Source of the DNA: an uncultured delta proteobacterium
GTDB taxonomy: Bacteria; Desulfobacterota; BSN033; UBA1163
Length of the DNA stretch: 64,000 nucleotides
NCBI GenBank assembly: GCA_963827685.1
Contig: CAWHBU010000006.1
Coordinates: forward strand, 448,001-512,000
Direction of reading: 5' to 3'
The position numbers were made by a program, and so were the translations under genes. Below are positions 42,814 to 51,817 of the stretch, piece after piece (position 1 is the first letter of the stretch; each line of letters starts with the position of its first letter). The notes beneath the pieces are model-generated. The model saw only the letters and a list, made by a program, of their open reading frames with translations, made no database searches and was not told the DNA's origin.

Positions 42814-42960
42814 TTCCTCCGATTCATTTTAAGGGATTGAGAAAGAACTACGGATATTATTCTACCACATATTTCCTTTTCTTTTCATAGATATTCCAGG
42901 CAGCTCTCAAAACTCAAAAGACTACCCGACACTTGTTCAAGACCAAGAAAGAAGAGCGCA

Positions 42961-44115
42961 TCACCTTTCCTGTTTGGAAATCTGGGAGACGGTTCGGATC
43001 GCGGCCTCGATGTCTGCTTCGTTGTTGAAAGCACTCAAGCCAAATCGGACTGTTCCCTCTGGGAATGTCCCGATGGTGCGATGGGCTGCGGGCGCACAGT
43101 GAAGTCCTGAACGGCAGAGGACACCGAATTCCTTTTCTAAGCGGTGGGCCACATCTGAAGGAGAAAGTTGTTCAATATTGAAAGAAAGAGTGGCAATTTG
43201 ATTTTTCTGGATTTGTGGCCCATAGCGTTTCACCCGAGAAATCTTTTTCAACCCCTCGATGAGCTTTTCAGTTAGAGTGATTTCATTTTGCCGGATCTGT
43301 TCCACTCCTTTTTCCAGGACAAATCGAATCCCGGCGAGAAGCCCGGCAATGCCAACGCCATTTGGGGTTCCGCTTTCAAAGCGGTCCGGCAAGAAGTCCG
43401 GCTGTTCCTCAAATTCTGATCGACTTCCTGTCCCACCTTGTTTTAACGGAATCATTTCCTTTTCATCTATCCGTTCACCAATAACAAGCCCCCCAGTCCC
43501 CTGGGGCCCATAAAGGCTCTTATGTCCAGTAAAAGCTAAGAGATCAATCCCATCTCTTTCAACATCAATCGGATAAGCTCCGGCCGTCTGCGCAGCATCG
43601 ACCAAAAAGAGAAGATTGTGTGCCCTTGCGATCTCCCCAACTGCGATGATTGGAAGAAGTGTTCCTGTGACATTCGAGGCATGATTGAGAACTACCATTT
43701 TTGTATTCGATTGAATCCTTCTTTCCACTTCTCCTGCGTCCAGCATACCTTCTTTGGAACAGGGAATGACGCTCAATTCGATTCCCTTCTTCTCCAGATC
43801 CCTGAGAGGCCTCATCACCGAATTGTGTTCCATGCTGCTCGTAATGACATGGTCTTTAGGTTTTAATAAACCATTTAGGGCTAAATTGATGGATTCGGTA
43901 GCATTGAGTGTGAAGACGATTCTTGATGAATCTTTGACATGGAACAGAACCGAAAGAGCCTCTCTGGTCTCATAGATAATCCTTGCGGCTTCAATCGAGA
44001 GGAAGTGTCCAGATCGGCCTGGGTTGGCCCCGACCTCCTCCATAAATTTGTTCATCGCCTCTTTCACTTGAGGAGGCTTCGGCCATGAAGTGGCTGGATT
44101 ATCGAGGTAGATCAT
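42961..44115 (-). CDS. Cysteine desulfurase / selenocysteine lyase-like class V aminotransferase
   Basis: YLDN.ATS, EHNSV, DAAQTAG, TGHKSL.GP.G.G, RSGLHCAP. Confidence 0.9.
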   Translation of the reverse strand: MIYLDNPATSWPKPPQVKEAMNKFMEEVGANPGRSGHFLSIEAARIIYETREALSVLFHVKDSSRIVFTLNATESINLALNGLLKPKDHVITSSMEHNSVMRPLRDLEKKGIELSVIPCSKEGMLDAGEVERRIQSNTKMVVLNHASNVTGTLLPIIAVGEIARAHNLLFLVDAAQTAGAYPIDVERDGIDLLAFTGHKSLYGPQGTGGLVIGERIDEKEMIPLKQGGTGSRSEFEEQPDFLPDRFESGTPNGVGIAGLLAGIRFVLEKGVEQIRQNEITLTEKLIEGLKKISRVKRYGPQIQKNQIATLSFNIEQLSPSDVAHRLEKEFGVLCRSGLHCAPAAHRTIGTFPEGTVRFGLSAFNNEADIEAAIRTVSQISKQER

Positions 44116-44119
44116 TTCT

Positions 44120-44341
44120 TCAATCCTTTTTTAAAACAAGACGGTAACCTTCTTGAACCCTCTCAATTTCCACACTCCACCCTGATTGTTGAGCTAAGCG
44201 AGAAACATTCTCTTTGGAAGTGTCCGTATCTACGAGGATGATAATTTCTCCCTTGTTGATCTTTTTTGTCTCACTCAGAGCCAGCATCACAGGTTGAGGG
44301 CACGAAAGCCCACGGGCATCAACGATCTTACTCATCTTCAT
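44120..44341 (-). CDS. TusA/SirA family sulfurtransferase
   Basis: VDARGLSCPQPV. Confidence 0.88.
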   Translation of the reverse strand: MKMSKIVDARGLSCPQPVMLALSETKKINKGEIIILVDTDTSKENVSRLAQQSGWSVEIERVQEGYRLVLKKD

Positions 44342-44350
44342 CCCTCCTTT

Positions 44351-45445
44351 TTAAGCGACTTCTTTTCGCATTGTGAAGCCGATAAACAGACATGTGAGAA
44401 GTCCAATGATCACAGCGGCGACGCCATAGGATCCAACTCCGTCTGGAGAACTGGCCAGGCCAAAGTTATGTGCAAAACCGGCTCCGACGATCATCCCCAG
44501 GACAAAAACCGCTGCATCCCCATCGCCCTCCCCGGCAAGGAAGAGCTGTCTTCCCGGACAACCCCCGGCCAGGGCAAAGGCTAACCCTGCCAAGACCATG
44601 CCGCCGAAGTTCCAAAGGCTCATTGTGTGAGCCACGGGTTGCTTGACAAAACCGGGATGAAACTGTCCCAGAATCAAGTTCACAATAAAAGCAACAACCA
44701 CGAGAGCCATCGCTCCTGAGAGGAGATGGTTCTGTCTAAAAAGGACGAAATCCCGGATGGCCCCCATGGTGCAGAACCGACTTCTCTGCGCCAGAAATCC
44801 GATGCAGAGGCCAATCACCAGCGACACAAAAAGCGGTGCGTGCATGGACCCGGGGCCTTTCAGGCTGTAGAACAAGACTCCGCTTTTATCCTGGGCCTCA
44901 ACCTGGGGAAAGATGAACATCAGAACAAGAAACCCAAGCATGACTAAAGGCAATAACCATCCAACCGAGGTATGAGTGGTTTGAGAACGCCCCAGGTTGT
45001 AACCGCCTTTCAAAAAGAGTGTGCCAACCCATATTCCTCCGATGAGTCCGAGCAACCCGAAAATGGCATTCCCATCACCACCGGCCAAACGGAGCATAGC
45101 TCGCCAGGGGCACCCCAAAAACACCAGGGCTCCGATCATAGCAAAAGCCCCAAGGACAAATCGAACAATGGGAGCAGAGCCAGCCCGTGACCGGAATTCC
45201 TTGAACACATAGGCGGCAATCAGTGAGCCAAGGACAAAGCCGATGATTTCGGGCCGAATATATTGAACAACAGCGGCCCGATGAAGCCCCAGGGCGCCCG
45301 CAATGTCCCTCTCGAAACAGGCCACGCAGATGCCCATGTTCGCCGGGTTTCCCCACTTCTGCAAAAGCGGGGCAAAGACCCCGATAAAAGCCCCTACTGA
45401 AATGATTCCCCAACGAGTCGCAAAAATGTTCTTAATGGTGGTCAT
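44351..45445 (-). CDS. yedE: YedE family putative selenium transporter
   Basis: GNPANMGICVACFERDIAGALG, FLGCP, RSRFC, LAGGCP. Confidence 0.9.
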   Translation of the reverse strand: MTTIKNIFATRWGIISVGAFIGVFAPLLQKWGNPANMGICVACFERDIAGALGLHRAAVVQYIRPEIIGFVLGSLIAAYVFKEFRSRAGSAPIVRFVLGAFAMIGALVFLGCPWRAMLRLAGGDGNAIFGLLGLIGGIWVGTLFLKGGYNLGRSQTTHTSVGWLLPLVMLGFLVLMFIFPQVEAQDKSGVLFYSLKGPGSMHAPLFVSLVIGLCIGFLAQRSRFCTMGAIRDFVLFRQNHLLSGAMALVVVAFIVNLILGQFHPGFVKQPVAHTMSLWNFGGMVLAGLAFALAGGCPGRQLFLAGEGDGDAAVFVLGMIVGAGFAHNFGLASSPDGVGSYGVAAVIIGLLTCLFIGFTMRKEVA

Positions 45446-45534
45446 AGTTACCCTCCTTTCCAAAAAATTGGTTTTGGATCATAGCCAACTCTTAATAGAT
45501 AATGGTCAGGAGGGAGGGAAAAGGTGTGAAGAAC

Positions 45535-45688
45535 TCAGGGCACAAGAGGATAGAAATAAGTTAGGAGCATCCCTTTTCTCTCTCTCCTTCTATTGAACCG
45601 GAGACCTAACCTAGGTCTCTTTAGGCCAGATACGGCCCCTCATCTGAGAGAAAAGGGCGTTTGGGATTTTCCCACGTTGAGGCCTCCT
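45535..45688 (-). promoter_or_regulatory. Putative leader ORF with in-frame UGA and SECIS-like hairpin upstream of the selenium operon
   Basis: AGGAGG (45683-45688), GTG 45675, UGA 45640-45642, hairpin 45601-45619, next stop 45535-45537. Confidence 0.55.
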
Positions 45689-45868
45689 ACCGCTTCTTGA
45701 GAAAATTATTAAAAACAGTTAACTGGAAAATTGAGATATGTCAAATCGGAATTTTCGATAATGAGAATGATAATTATTGGAAATTCCAATTAAAAACTTC
45801 ACAACCCTTCTTCACCTTTCTATTTTCTTTTTGGTTGCTTTGCCAGGACAAAATTGATATAAATTTGA

Positions 45869-45933
45869 ATACCGGGATAATGGAATGTTGGAATGCTGGA
45901 CACCGTTTATTCCATTCTTCCACCATTCCAATA
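45869..45933. repeat. Inverted octamer-repeat hairpin
   Basis: gataatggaatgttggaatgctgga ... ttccattcttccaccattccaata. Confidence 0.75.
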
Positions 45934-45957
45934 ATAATCTTTTGAGGGAGGTGGGGT

Positions 45958-46395
45958 ATGTACAAAAAAATCTTAGTCCCGTTGGATGGATCAGAATTGG
46001 CAAAAATGGCCTTGGACGAGGCTGAAAAAATGGCTAAGGCCTTTGATGCTGAAATCATTCTTTTCCAAGTGGTCCCCTTTATGCCCATATATGGTTCACC
46101 AGAGCTGGTTACCCCTCTGATCGTCGACGAAAAACAGAAGGAAGCCGCCGAGAAATATCTTGCGAACCTCTGCGAGGAATTGAGAAAGAGAGGTCTTGGG
46201 GCAGCGGCGATGGTGAGGACCGGGCAGCAGGTGGCCGTCGAGATCATTGACTTTGCCAAAGAGGCCGGGGCGGATCTAATCATCATGTGTACTCATGGCC
46301 GGTCCGGAATTTCGAGGTGGGTGATGGGGAGTGTCGCCCTTAAAGTCGTAACCCGGGCTGAAACGCCCATCCTTCTCATCCGGTCAAAAAGATAA
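45958..46395 (+). CDS. Universal stress protein
   Basis: YKKILVPLDGS, DLIIMCTHGRSG..RWVMGSVA. Confidence 0.93.
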   Translation: MYKKILVPLDGSELAKMALDEAEKMAKAFDAEIILFQVVPFMPIYGSPELVTPLIVDEKQKEAAEKYLANLCEELRKRGLGAAAMVRTGQQVAVEIIDFAKEAGADLIIMCTHGRSGISRWVMGSVALKVVTRAETPILLIRSKR

Positions 46396-46418
46396 AGGCT
46401 TCGATATCGGGGTAAAAA

Positions 46419-47474
46419 ATGAAACGAGAACATATCTTTCTCATCTTCATCCTTTTCCTCACCTTCTTTTCCATCTATCTGCTCTACCAAATCCTTTCCC
46501 CTTTTCTTTCTTCCATCGTATGGGCCGTCCTCCTGGCCATCGTTTTTTATCCCCTCTTCCAGAAACTTCAACGCTTATTAAAAAAAAGGGAGGTCCTCTC
46601 CGCCCTCCTCATGACCTTGTTGGTGCTTATCGTCATCGTATTGCCCTTCACTCTTCTGATGGCCTCTTTGGCCAGCGATGCAATCGACATCTATCATCAA
46701 TTGGAGGAAATGATCAAAACCGGCCAACTTCAGGCTTATTTTGATAGAATCAAAGAGATCCCCATTCTCAAATGGATCTTGGCGGGGTTAGGTCAACATA
46801 TCGATCTCTCACAGACCAATCCTCTGCCTCTATTACTAAACAACCTCAACCGGATCAGTACTTTCATCTTCACTCAGACCACCATCCTTTTAAAAGGATT
46901 CTCCACATTTATTGCTGGATTCTTCTTCACCCTCCTCTCCCTCTACTATCTTTTCAAAGATGGAAGTCACCTTTTCGGGAGATTGAAAGAGGTCATTCCC
47001 CTCCCCTCCAGGGAGAGGGACCTTCTCATTCAACGGTTCAAGGACATGATCTATGCCACCATCTACGGAGGGATTCTGATCGCCCTGATTCAGGGGGTCT
47101 TAGGTGGGTTATCTTTTTGGATCCTTGGACTCCCTTCGCCTATCTTCTGGGGAACAGCGATGGGTCTGCTTTCCTTTATCCCCATTGGTGGAACAGCTTT
47201 CATCTGGGTTCCAGCGGCTATCATCTTATTGATCGGAGGGGCTGTTGCAAAAGGACTCATCCTGCTCGGCCTGGGAGTATTGGTGATCAGTATGGTGGAT
47301 AATCTCCTCAGGCCATTTTTTATCAGCACCCGAACCAATATCCATCCTTTGCTCCTCTTCTTTGCTGTGTTAGGAGGGGTCCAGGCTTTTGGATTAATCG
47401 GTCTGGTCGCGGGCCCCTTGATTGCCACGCTCTTTCTTACCCTGACCGAAATTTATATTCAAGGGATCCAATGA
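46419..47474 (+). CDS. AI-2E family transporter
   Basis: Multi-TM; SFIP.GG, DNLLRP, HPLL.FFAVLGG..FG..GL..GP. Confidence 0.9.
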   Translation: MKREHIFLIFILFLTFFSIYLLYQILSPFLSSIVWAVLLAIVFYPLFQKLQRLLKKREVLSALLMTLLVLIVIVLPFTLLMASLASDAIDIYHQLEEMIKTGQLQAYFDRIKEIPILKWILAGLGQHIDLSQTNPLPLLLNNLNRISTFIFTQTTILLKGFSTFIAGFFFTLLSLYYLFKDGSHLFGRLKEVIPLPSRERDLLIQRFKDMIYATIYGGILIALIQGVLGGLSFWILGLPSPIFWGTAMGLLSFIPIGGTAFIWVPAAIILLIGGAVAKGLILLGLGVLVISMVDNLLRPFFISTRTNIHPLLLFFAVLGGVQAFGLIGLVAGPLIATLFLTLTEIYIQGIQ

Positions 47475-47538
47475 TTGTAGAATGCAGAATGTGGATTGCG
47501 GATTTAGATTCGCATTCCGAAATCCGCTTTCCGCAATC
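47474..47538. repeat. Inverted heptamer-repeat hairpin between convergent stops
   Basis: attgtagaatgcagaatgtggattgcggatt ... attccgaaatccgctttccgcaat. Confidence 0.8.
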
Positions 47539-48509
47539 TAAAGGTTGGGGGCTTCTAAGATCTCGTATTTGAAATCTTTGGCTTGGCTGGGAAGGTCTTT
47601 GAAAATCACCATAAAAGGAGTGGCCTTGCCCGGAGGCGTAATCATCTCTTCTTTCGTTTGAGGTTTAACCACCATCTCCCCTCTAAAAAATTCCACAGGC
47701 TGTTGCTTCAACTCTCCACGACCGATAGTCTGACCGCAGATCGCCTCCTTCTCAGCCACTTTGAGTTTGTCTTGATCAAAAATGACAATTCTTATTTTGA
47801 TATACTTTTTGGTAAGCTTGGATTGATTCTTCACCTTTCCTTCGATGACAAAGAACGAAACATCTCCTATCTTCTCGTCATATCCGCTCAGATCTCCAAC
47901 GACCAGATCTTCTCCCTCTATTCCCCAAATCTGGTTCCAAACCTCAGTGATCTTTTTAACCGAATAGTCTACATAAGGGGAGAGTCTGCCACCGGAACTT
48001 AATTCCGACCATAAATAGAAGATACCGAAGATCAGGAGCATTAAAACAATGAGAAGGGCAAGAAAGCGAAAGGGGCCTCTCCTCTCAACACGCATCATAC
48101 TCTGCGGTCTGGAGGGTTTGCCCTCCCTCCTCTCTTCCCTGACAGGTTCCTCGGCGAGTAGGTTCTCCACTTTTTGAAGAGGAACTGATTTCTCCACTTT
48201 CTCTGTTGGAGCCTTTTCAGTAAAGAGGAATGTTTCTTCTTCCTCCTCTTCCCTCTCCGGCGCTTCCTCTTCTTCCTTCACTTTCGCCCCTGGAGAAACC
48301 TCCATTTTTTTCTCACTCGGTTCCATCAAATCTTCATGATATTTGGCAAAGGATTCCAAATTCTCGATAATTTCCTCTTTGGTCTCAGGAGGAGGGACAA
48401 CGTAGAATACATGCTTGCATCGCGAACAACGGACCTTAACTCCTTCGGCCGAAATTCGAGAATCGTCTAAATTAAACTTGGTCAAACAAGAGGCACAGGT
48501 GATAATCAT
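47538..48509 (-). CDS. Zinc-ribbon (MJ0042-type) / DUF3426 membrane protein
   Basis: MIITCASC...VRCSRCKHVF, acidic linker, single TM, PFMVIF. Confidence 0.85.
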   Translation of the reverse strand: MIITCASCLTKFNLDDSRISAEGVKVRCSRCKHVFYVVPPPETKEEIIENLESFAKYHEDLMEPSEKKMEVSPGAKVKEEEEAPEREEEEEETFLFTEKAPTEKVEKSVPLQKVENLLAEEPVREERREGKPSRPQSMMRVERRGPFRFLALLIVLMLLIFGIFYLWSELSSGGRLSPYVDYSVKKITEVWNQIWGIEGEDLVVGDLSGYDEKIGDVSFFVIEGKVKNQSKLTKKYIKIRIVIFDQDKLKVAEKEAICGQTIGRGELKQQPVEFFRGEMVVKPQTKEEMITPPGKATPFMVIFKDLPSQAKDFKYEILEAPNL

Positions 48510-48647
48510 AGACAACCTCTTTTGAAGATCTTTTCGACATTATGATGAAAGGAATAGAAAAAATCAAGGATAAATTTTTGGCCCGACAATTGGCTAGAGG
48601 GGAGAAATATGCCTCATCGTCTCTAACATAGAAATGTAGACTTTTAA

Positions 48648-48847
48648 AAATTCCAAATCCCAAATTGCAAATCACAAATAAATTCCAAACTCGAAATCCA
48701 AGTGACCGAAAGGATTTTGTTTAGAATTGGCAATTTTGATCATTCGAATTTGTTTGTTATTTGGCCTGCCTGCGCGAAGCCGCTCCGGCGGAGGCAGGTG
48801 CTTGCCCTGCACCATATTTAGGTACAGGGCTTAGGATTTGGTGCTTG
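48648..48847. repeat. Inverted heptamer-repeat element with inserted palindromes
   Basis: aaattccaaatcccaaattgcaaatcacaaat ... atttggtgctt; insert at 48765-48798. Confidence 0.75.
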
Positions 48848-48857
48848 CCCGAAGGGC

Positions 48858-50063
48858 TTATCTTCCCAAGCGTTTTTTAAACTCTTGGGTCAGCATGGGA
48901 ACAACAGTAAAGAGGTCACCCACAATTCCATAGGTAGCGATCTTAAAAATGGGTGCTTCAGAATCTTTGTTGATGGCGACAATAATATCGGATGTCTTCA
49001 TGCCAGCCTGGTGCTGAATGGAACCGGAGATACCACAGGCAATGTAGATTTTTGGCCGAACGGTTCGGCCGGTCTGGCCCACCTGGTGTTCATAAGGAAT
49101 CCAACCCGAATCGACGGCTGCGCGAGAGGCGCCCACGGCAGCCTGTAAAACCTCTGCCAGCTCACGGATGGCTTTAAAATTCTCCGGCCCCCCTACACCT
49201 CTTCCCCCTGAGACGATGATCTCCGCGTCAGCCAGATTGACTGTCTCCGCCCCTTTGATAAATTCCAAAATCTTTGTCCTGACCTGATCTTCGGTCATCT
49301 GGAGCGTCTCCCGAATGATCTCTCCCTTTCTCGAATCATCCCTCGAAGGCATGGGGAACACCTTGGGTCGGACCGTAGACATCTGGGGCCGGTAGTTGGG
49401 ATAGTCAAGAATCGTCGCCATGATGTTTCCACCAAAAGCCGGTCGAGTCTGTTTGAGATATTTCGTCTCCGGATCGATTTCCAAACCTGTACAGTCTGCG
49501 GTTAATCCTGCCTCGATGGTGGTCGCTACCGTTCCTGCAAAATCTCGTCCTTGCGTGGTGGCTCCGAAAAGGACAATTTCAGGTTTATATTTCCGAATGA
49601 GATCTACGGCAGCCTTAGCATGAGAATCGGTACAATATTGTTTGAGCAGAGGGCTTTCCATGACGTAGACCTTCTCCGCTCCATAGGCGATGGCATCCTT
49701 GGCAAATCGATCCACGGCCTCCTTGTCCCCGAAAAGCATTCCGCAGAGTTTGCATCCTATGGCATCGGCCAACTTCCTCCCCTCCCCCAAGAGCTCGAAG
49801 GAGACACTTCCCACCTTGCCGTGCTCATGTTCTATGAATATCCAGACATCTTTACAAGCACTGATGTCTATCGTTACGGCCTTCTCTTCCTTTTCTAAGG
49901 TAATCGCACTCACCGGACAGACATCCACACAAGCGCCGCAGAAGGTGCACTTCTCATCGACAACCGCAATCCCTTCCTTCATGCTCAGTGCGCCAAAGGG
50001 ACAGGCGGAAATACAAGATTCGCATCCGGTGCAGGTATCCTTGTCAATCAATAATCTAGCCAT
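48858..50063 (-). CDS. etfA: Electron transfer flavoprotein alpha subunit with N-terminal 2x[4Fe-4S] domain
   Basis: CTGCESCISACP, CTFCGACVDVCP; GLTADCT, TRPAFGGN, QVGQTG, GISGSIQH. Confidence 0.93.
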   Translation of the reverse strand: MARLLIDKDTCTGCESCISACPFGALSMKEGIAVVDEKCTFCGACVDVCPVSAITLEKEEKAVTIDISACKDVWIFIEHEHGKVGSVSFELLGEGRKLADAIGCKLCGMLFGDKEAVDRFAKDAIAYGAEKVYVMESPLLKQYCTDSHAKAAVDLIRKYKPEIVLFGATTQGRDFAGTVATTIEAGLTADCTGLEIDPETKYLKQTRPAFGGNIMATILDYPNYRPQMSTVRPKVFPMPSRDDSRKGEIIRETLQMTEDQVRTKILEFIKGAETVNLADAEIIVSGGRGVGGPENFKAIRELAEVLQAAVGASRAAVDSGWIPYEHQVGQTGRTVRPKIYIACGISGSIQHQAGMKTSDIIVAINKDSEAPIFKIATYGIVGDLFTVVPMLTQEFKKRLGR

Positions 50064-50085
50064 TCGCTTCTCCTCCTATATTCAA

Positions 50086-50152
50086 TAAGGAATTAAGGAA
50101 TTTAGGGATTATTTTCCCAAGTTCGCAATTCCTCAATCCGCAATTCCTCAAT
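50086..50152. repeat. Inverted 8-9-mer repeat hairpin
   Basis: aaggaattaaggaatttagggatt ... aattcctcaatccgcaattcctcaatt. Confidence 0.7.
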
Positions 50153-50952
50153 TACTTTATGAACTTGGTATCCATCAATTTGTTGACCAGCAGAGGAACC
50201 ACTTCTGGTAATTCCCCCTGCAAAATCTCGCCGCCGCCCCCCCTGGCCTCGGGAGAAAAAACTTTCGTCACCCAGGTGGGGGACCCCTTCAATCCAATAC
50301 GATTCTCATCCGCGCCGATATCGTTTGCAGTCAAAGTGGGAATCTGTGCCTTGGCTGCCTTCTTGATCCCTATCAGAGAAGGGAGTCTCGGTTCATTGAT
50401 GTCCTTCATAACTGTCAACAGAACGGGAAGCGAAGATTCCACGATCTCTCTCCCGTCCTCCAGCAACCGTTCCACCACGATCCTCTTCTTGGCGGGATCA
50501 ATCTCCTTGACCTTTGAAACATAAGTCAATTGCGGAATTCCCAGGCGGGTGGCAATGCCCGGTCCCACTTGAGCTGTATCCCCATCAATGGCTTGCTTTC
50601 CGCAAATGACCAAGTCCACTTCCCCTACGATCGCCTGAATCGTCTTCGCCACGGTATAAGCCGTAGCCAGGGTGTCTGCTCCTGCAAAGGCTCTGTCTGA
50701 GACCAGATAGACCTTATCCGCACCCACGGCCAGTGCGTTTTTCAATACCTCGCTGGCCTGTGGGGGGCCCATACTGATCACGTGGATTTCTCCGCCATGC
50801 TTCTCTTTGATGAGAAGCGCTTCTTCTATCGCGTACTCATCGAAGGGATTGGTAATGCTTGCCACACCCTCCCGGACCAGTGTGTTGGTCTTCGGGTCAA
50901 TCTTCACATCCGTCGTGTCCGGAACCTGTTTAATACATACGGCGATCTTCAC
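50152..50952 (-). CDS. etfB: Electron transfer flavoprotein beta subunit
   Basis: VCIKQVPDT, NPFDEYA, AGADTLAT, GKQAIDGDTAQVGP; GTG start at 50952. Confidence 0.93.
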   Translation of the reverse strand: MKIAVCIKQVPDTTDVKIDPKTNTLVREGVASITNPFDEYAIEEALLIKEKHGGEIHVISMGPPQASEVLKNALAVGADKVYLVSDRAFAGADTLATAYTVAKTIQAIVGEVDLVICGKQAIDGDTAQVGPGIATRLGIPQLTYVSKVKEIDPAKKRIVVERLLEDGREIVESSLPVLLTVMKDINEPRLPSLIGIKKAAKAQIPTLTANDIGADENRIGLKGSPTWVTKVFSPEARGGGGEILQGELPEVVPLLVNKLMDTKFIK

Positions 50953-50962
50953 TTTTTCCTCC

Positions 50963-51745
50963 TCATTTTCCTTTGAAATTCGGTTTCCTCTTTTCAATAA
51001 ATGCCGTCATTCCCTCCTTCTGATCCTCGCTGGCAAAACCAAGACCGAAGGCATAGGATTCTAAAGAACATGCCTCTGCCAAATCCATATTGAAACCAGC
51101 ATCCACCGCCATCTTAGCCAATTTCACCCCGATGGCTCCGTTGGCCGCGATCTGCAGGGCCACTTTCTTGGTCTCCTCCATCAGAGAAGCATGGGGAAAG
51201 ACTCGATTGACAATCCCCATCTGATAGGCTTCCTGAGCAGTAACCATACTTCCTGTCAAGAGCAGTTCTTTCGCTTTCCCTTTCCCGATCAGACGAGGAA
51301 GTCTCTGTGTTCCTCCGAAACCTGGGAAGATGCCGAGGGTGACCTCCGGAAAGCCGAACCTTGCATTCTCAGAGGCATAGATGAAATCACAGGCAATGGC
51401 GATTTCCGTTCCTCCTCCAAGCGCGTAGCCATTGACGGCAGCGATGACCGGCCGATCAAGATCCTGGATCATTTTTAAGGTGAGATGGCCCAGCTTCGAA
51501 AAGTTCAGGGCCTCGAAGGAGTTCATCCCCTTCATCTCCCCGATATCGGCCCCAGCGACAAATGCTTTCTCTCCACTCCCCGTGATGATGAGAACCTTCA
51601 GCTCTGAATGGTCCTTCACTTCCTGGATCCCTGCCTGGATATCTTTGAGCGTCTCAATGTTTAAGGCATTGAGCGCCTTGGGTCGGTTAATCGCCAGGAT
51701 CCCGATTTCCCCTTCAAAAGACACCAAAATATTTTTATAATCCAT
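50963..51745 (-). CDS. crt: Enoyl-CoA hydratase (crotonase)
   Basis: NRPKALNAL, AFVAGADI, AVNGYALGGG.E, PGFGGTQRL.RL.G. Confidence 0.88.
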   Translation of the reverse strand: MDYKNILVSFEGEIGILAINRPKALNALNIETLKDIQAGIQEVKDHSELKVLIITGSGEKAFVAGADIGEMKGMNSFEALNFSKLGHLTLKMIQDLDRPVIAAVNGYALGGGTEIAIACDFIYASENARFGFPEVTLGIFPGFGGTQRLPRLIGKGKAKELLLTGSMVTAQEAYQMGIVNRVFPHASLMEETKKVALQIAANGAIGVKLAKMAVDAGFNMDLAEACSLESYAFGLGFASEDQKEGMTAFIEKRKPNFKGK

Positions 51746-51758
51746 CTTACTCTCCATT

Positions 51759-51817
51759 AGTTCGGAGTTTCTAAATCTTATTTCTTACTCCGAACACCGA
51801 ACTCTTAACTCCTAACT
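51759..51817. repeat. Inverted heptamer-repeat hairpin
   Basis: agttcggagtt ... actccgaacaccgaactcttaactcctaact; contains the thiolase stop. Confidence 0.7.

Noticed and set aside
45598-45690. Possible Moco/Wco riboswitch on the plus strand
   Set aside because: Only loose resemblance (AGGG..GCCTCC) and wrong orientation for yedE; the minus-strand leader ORF explains the structure better
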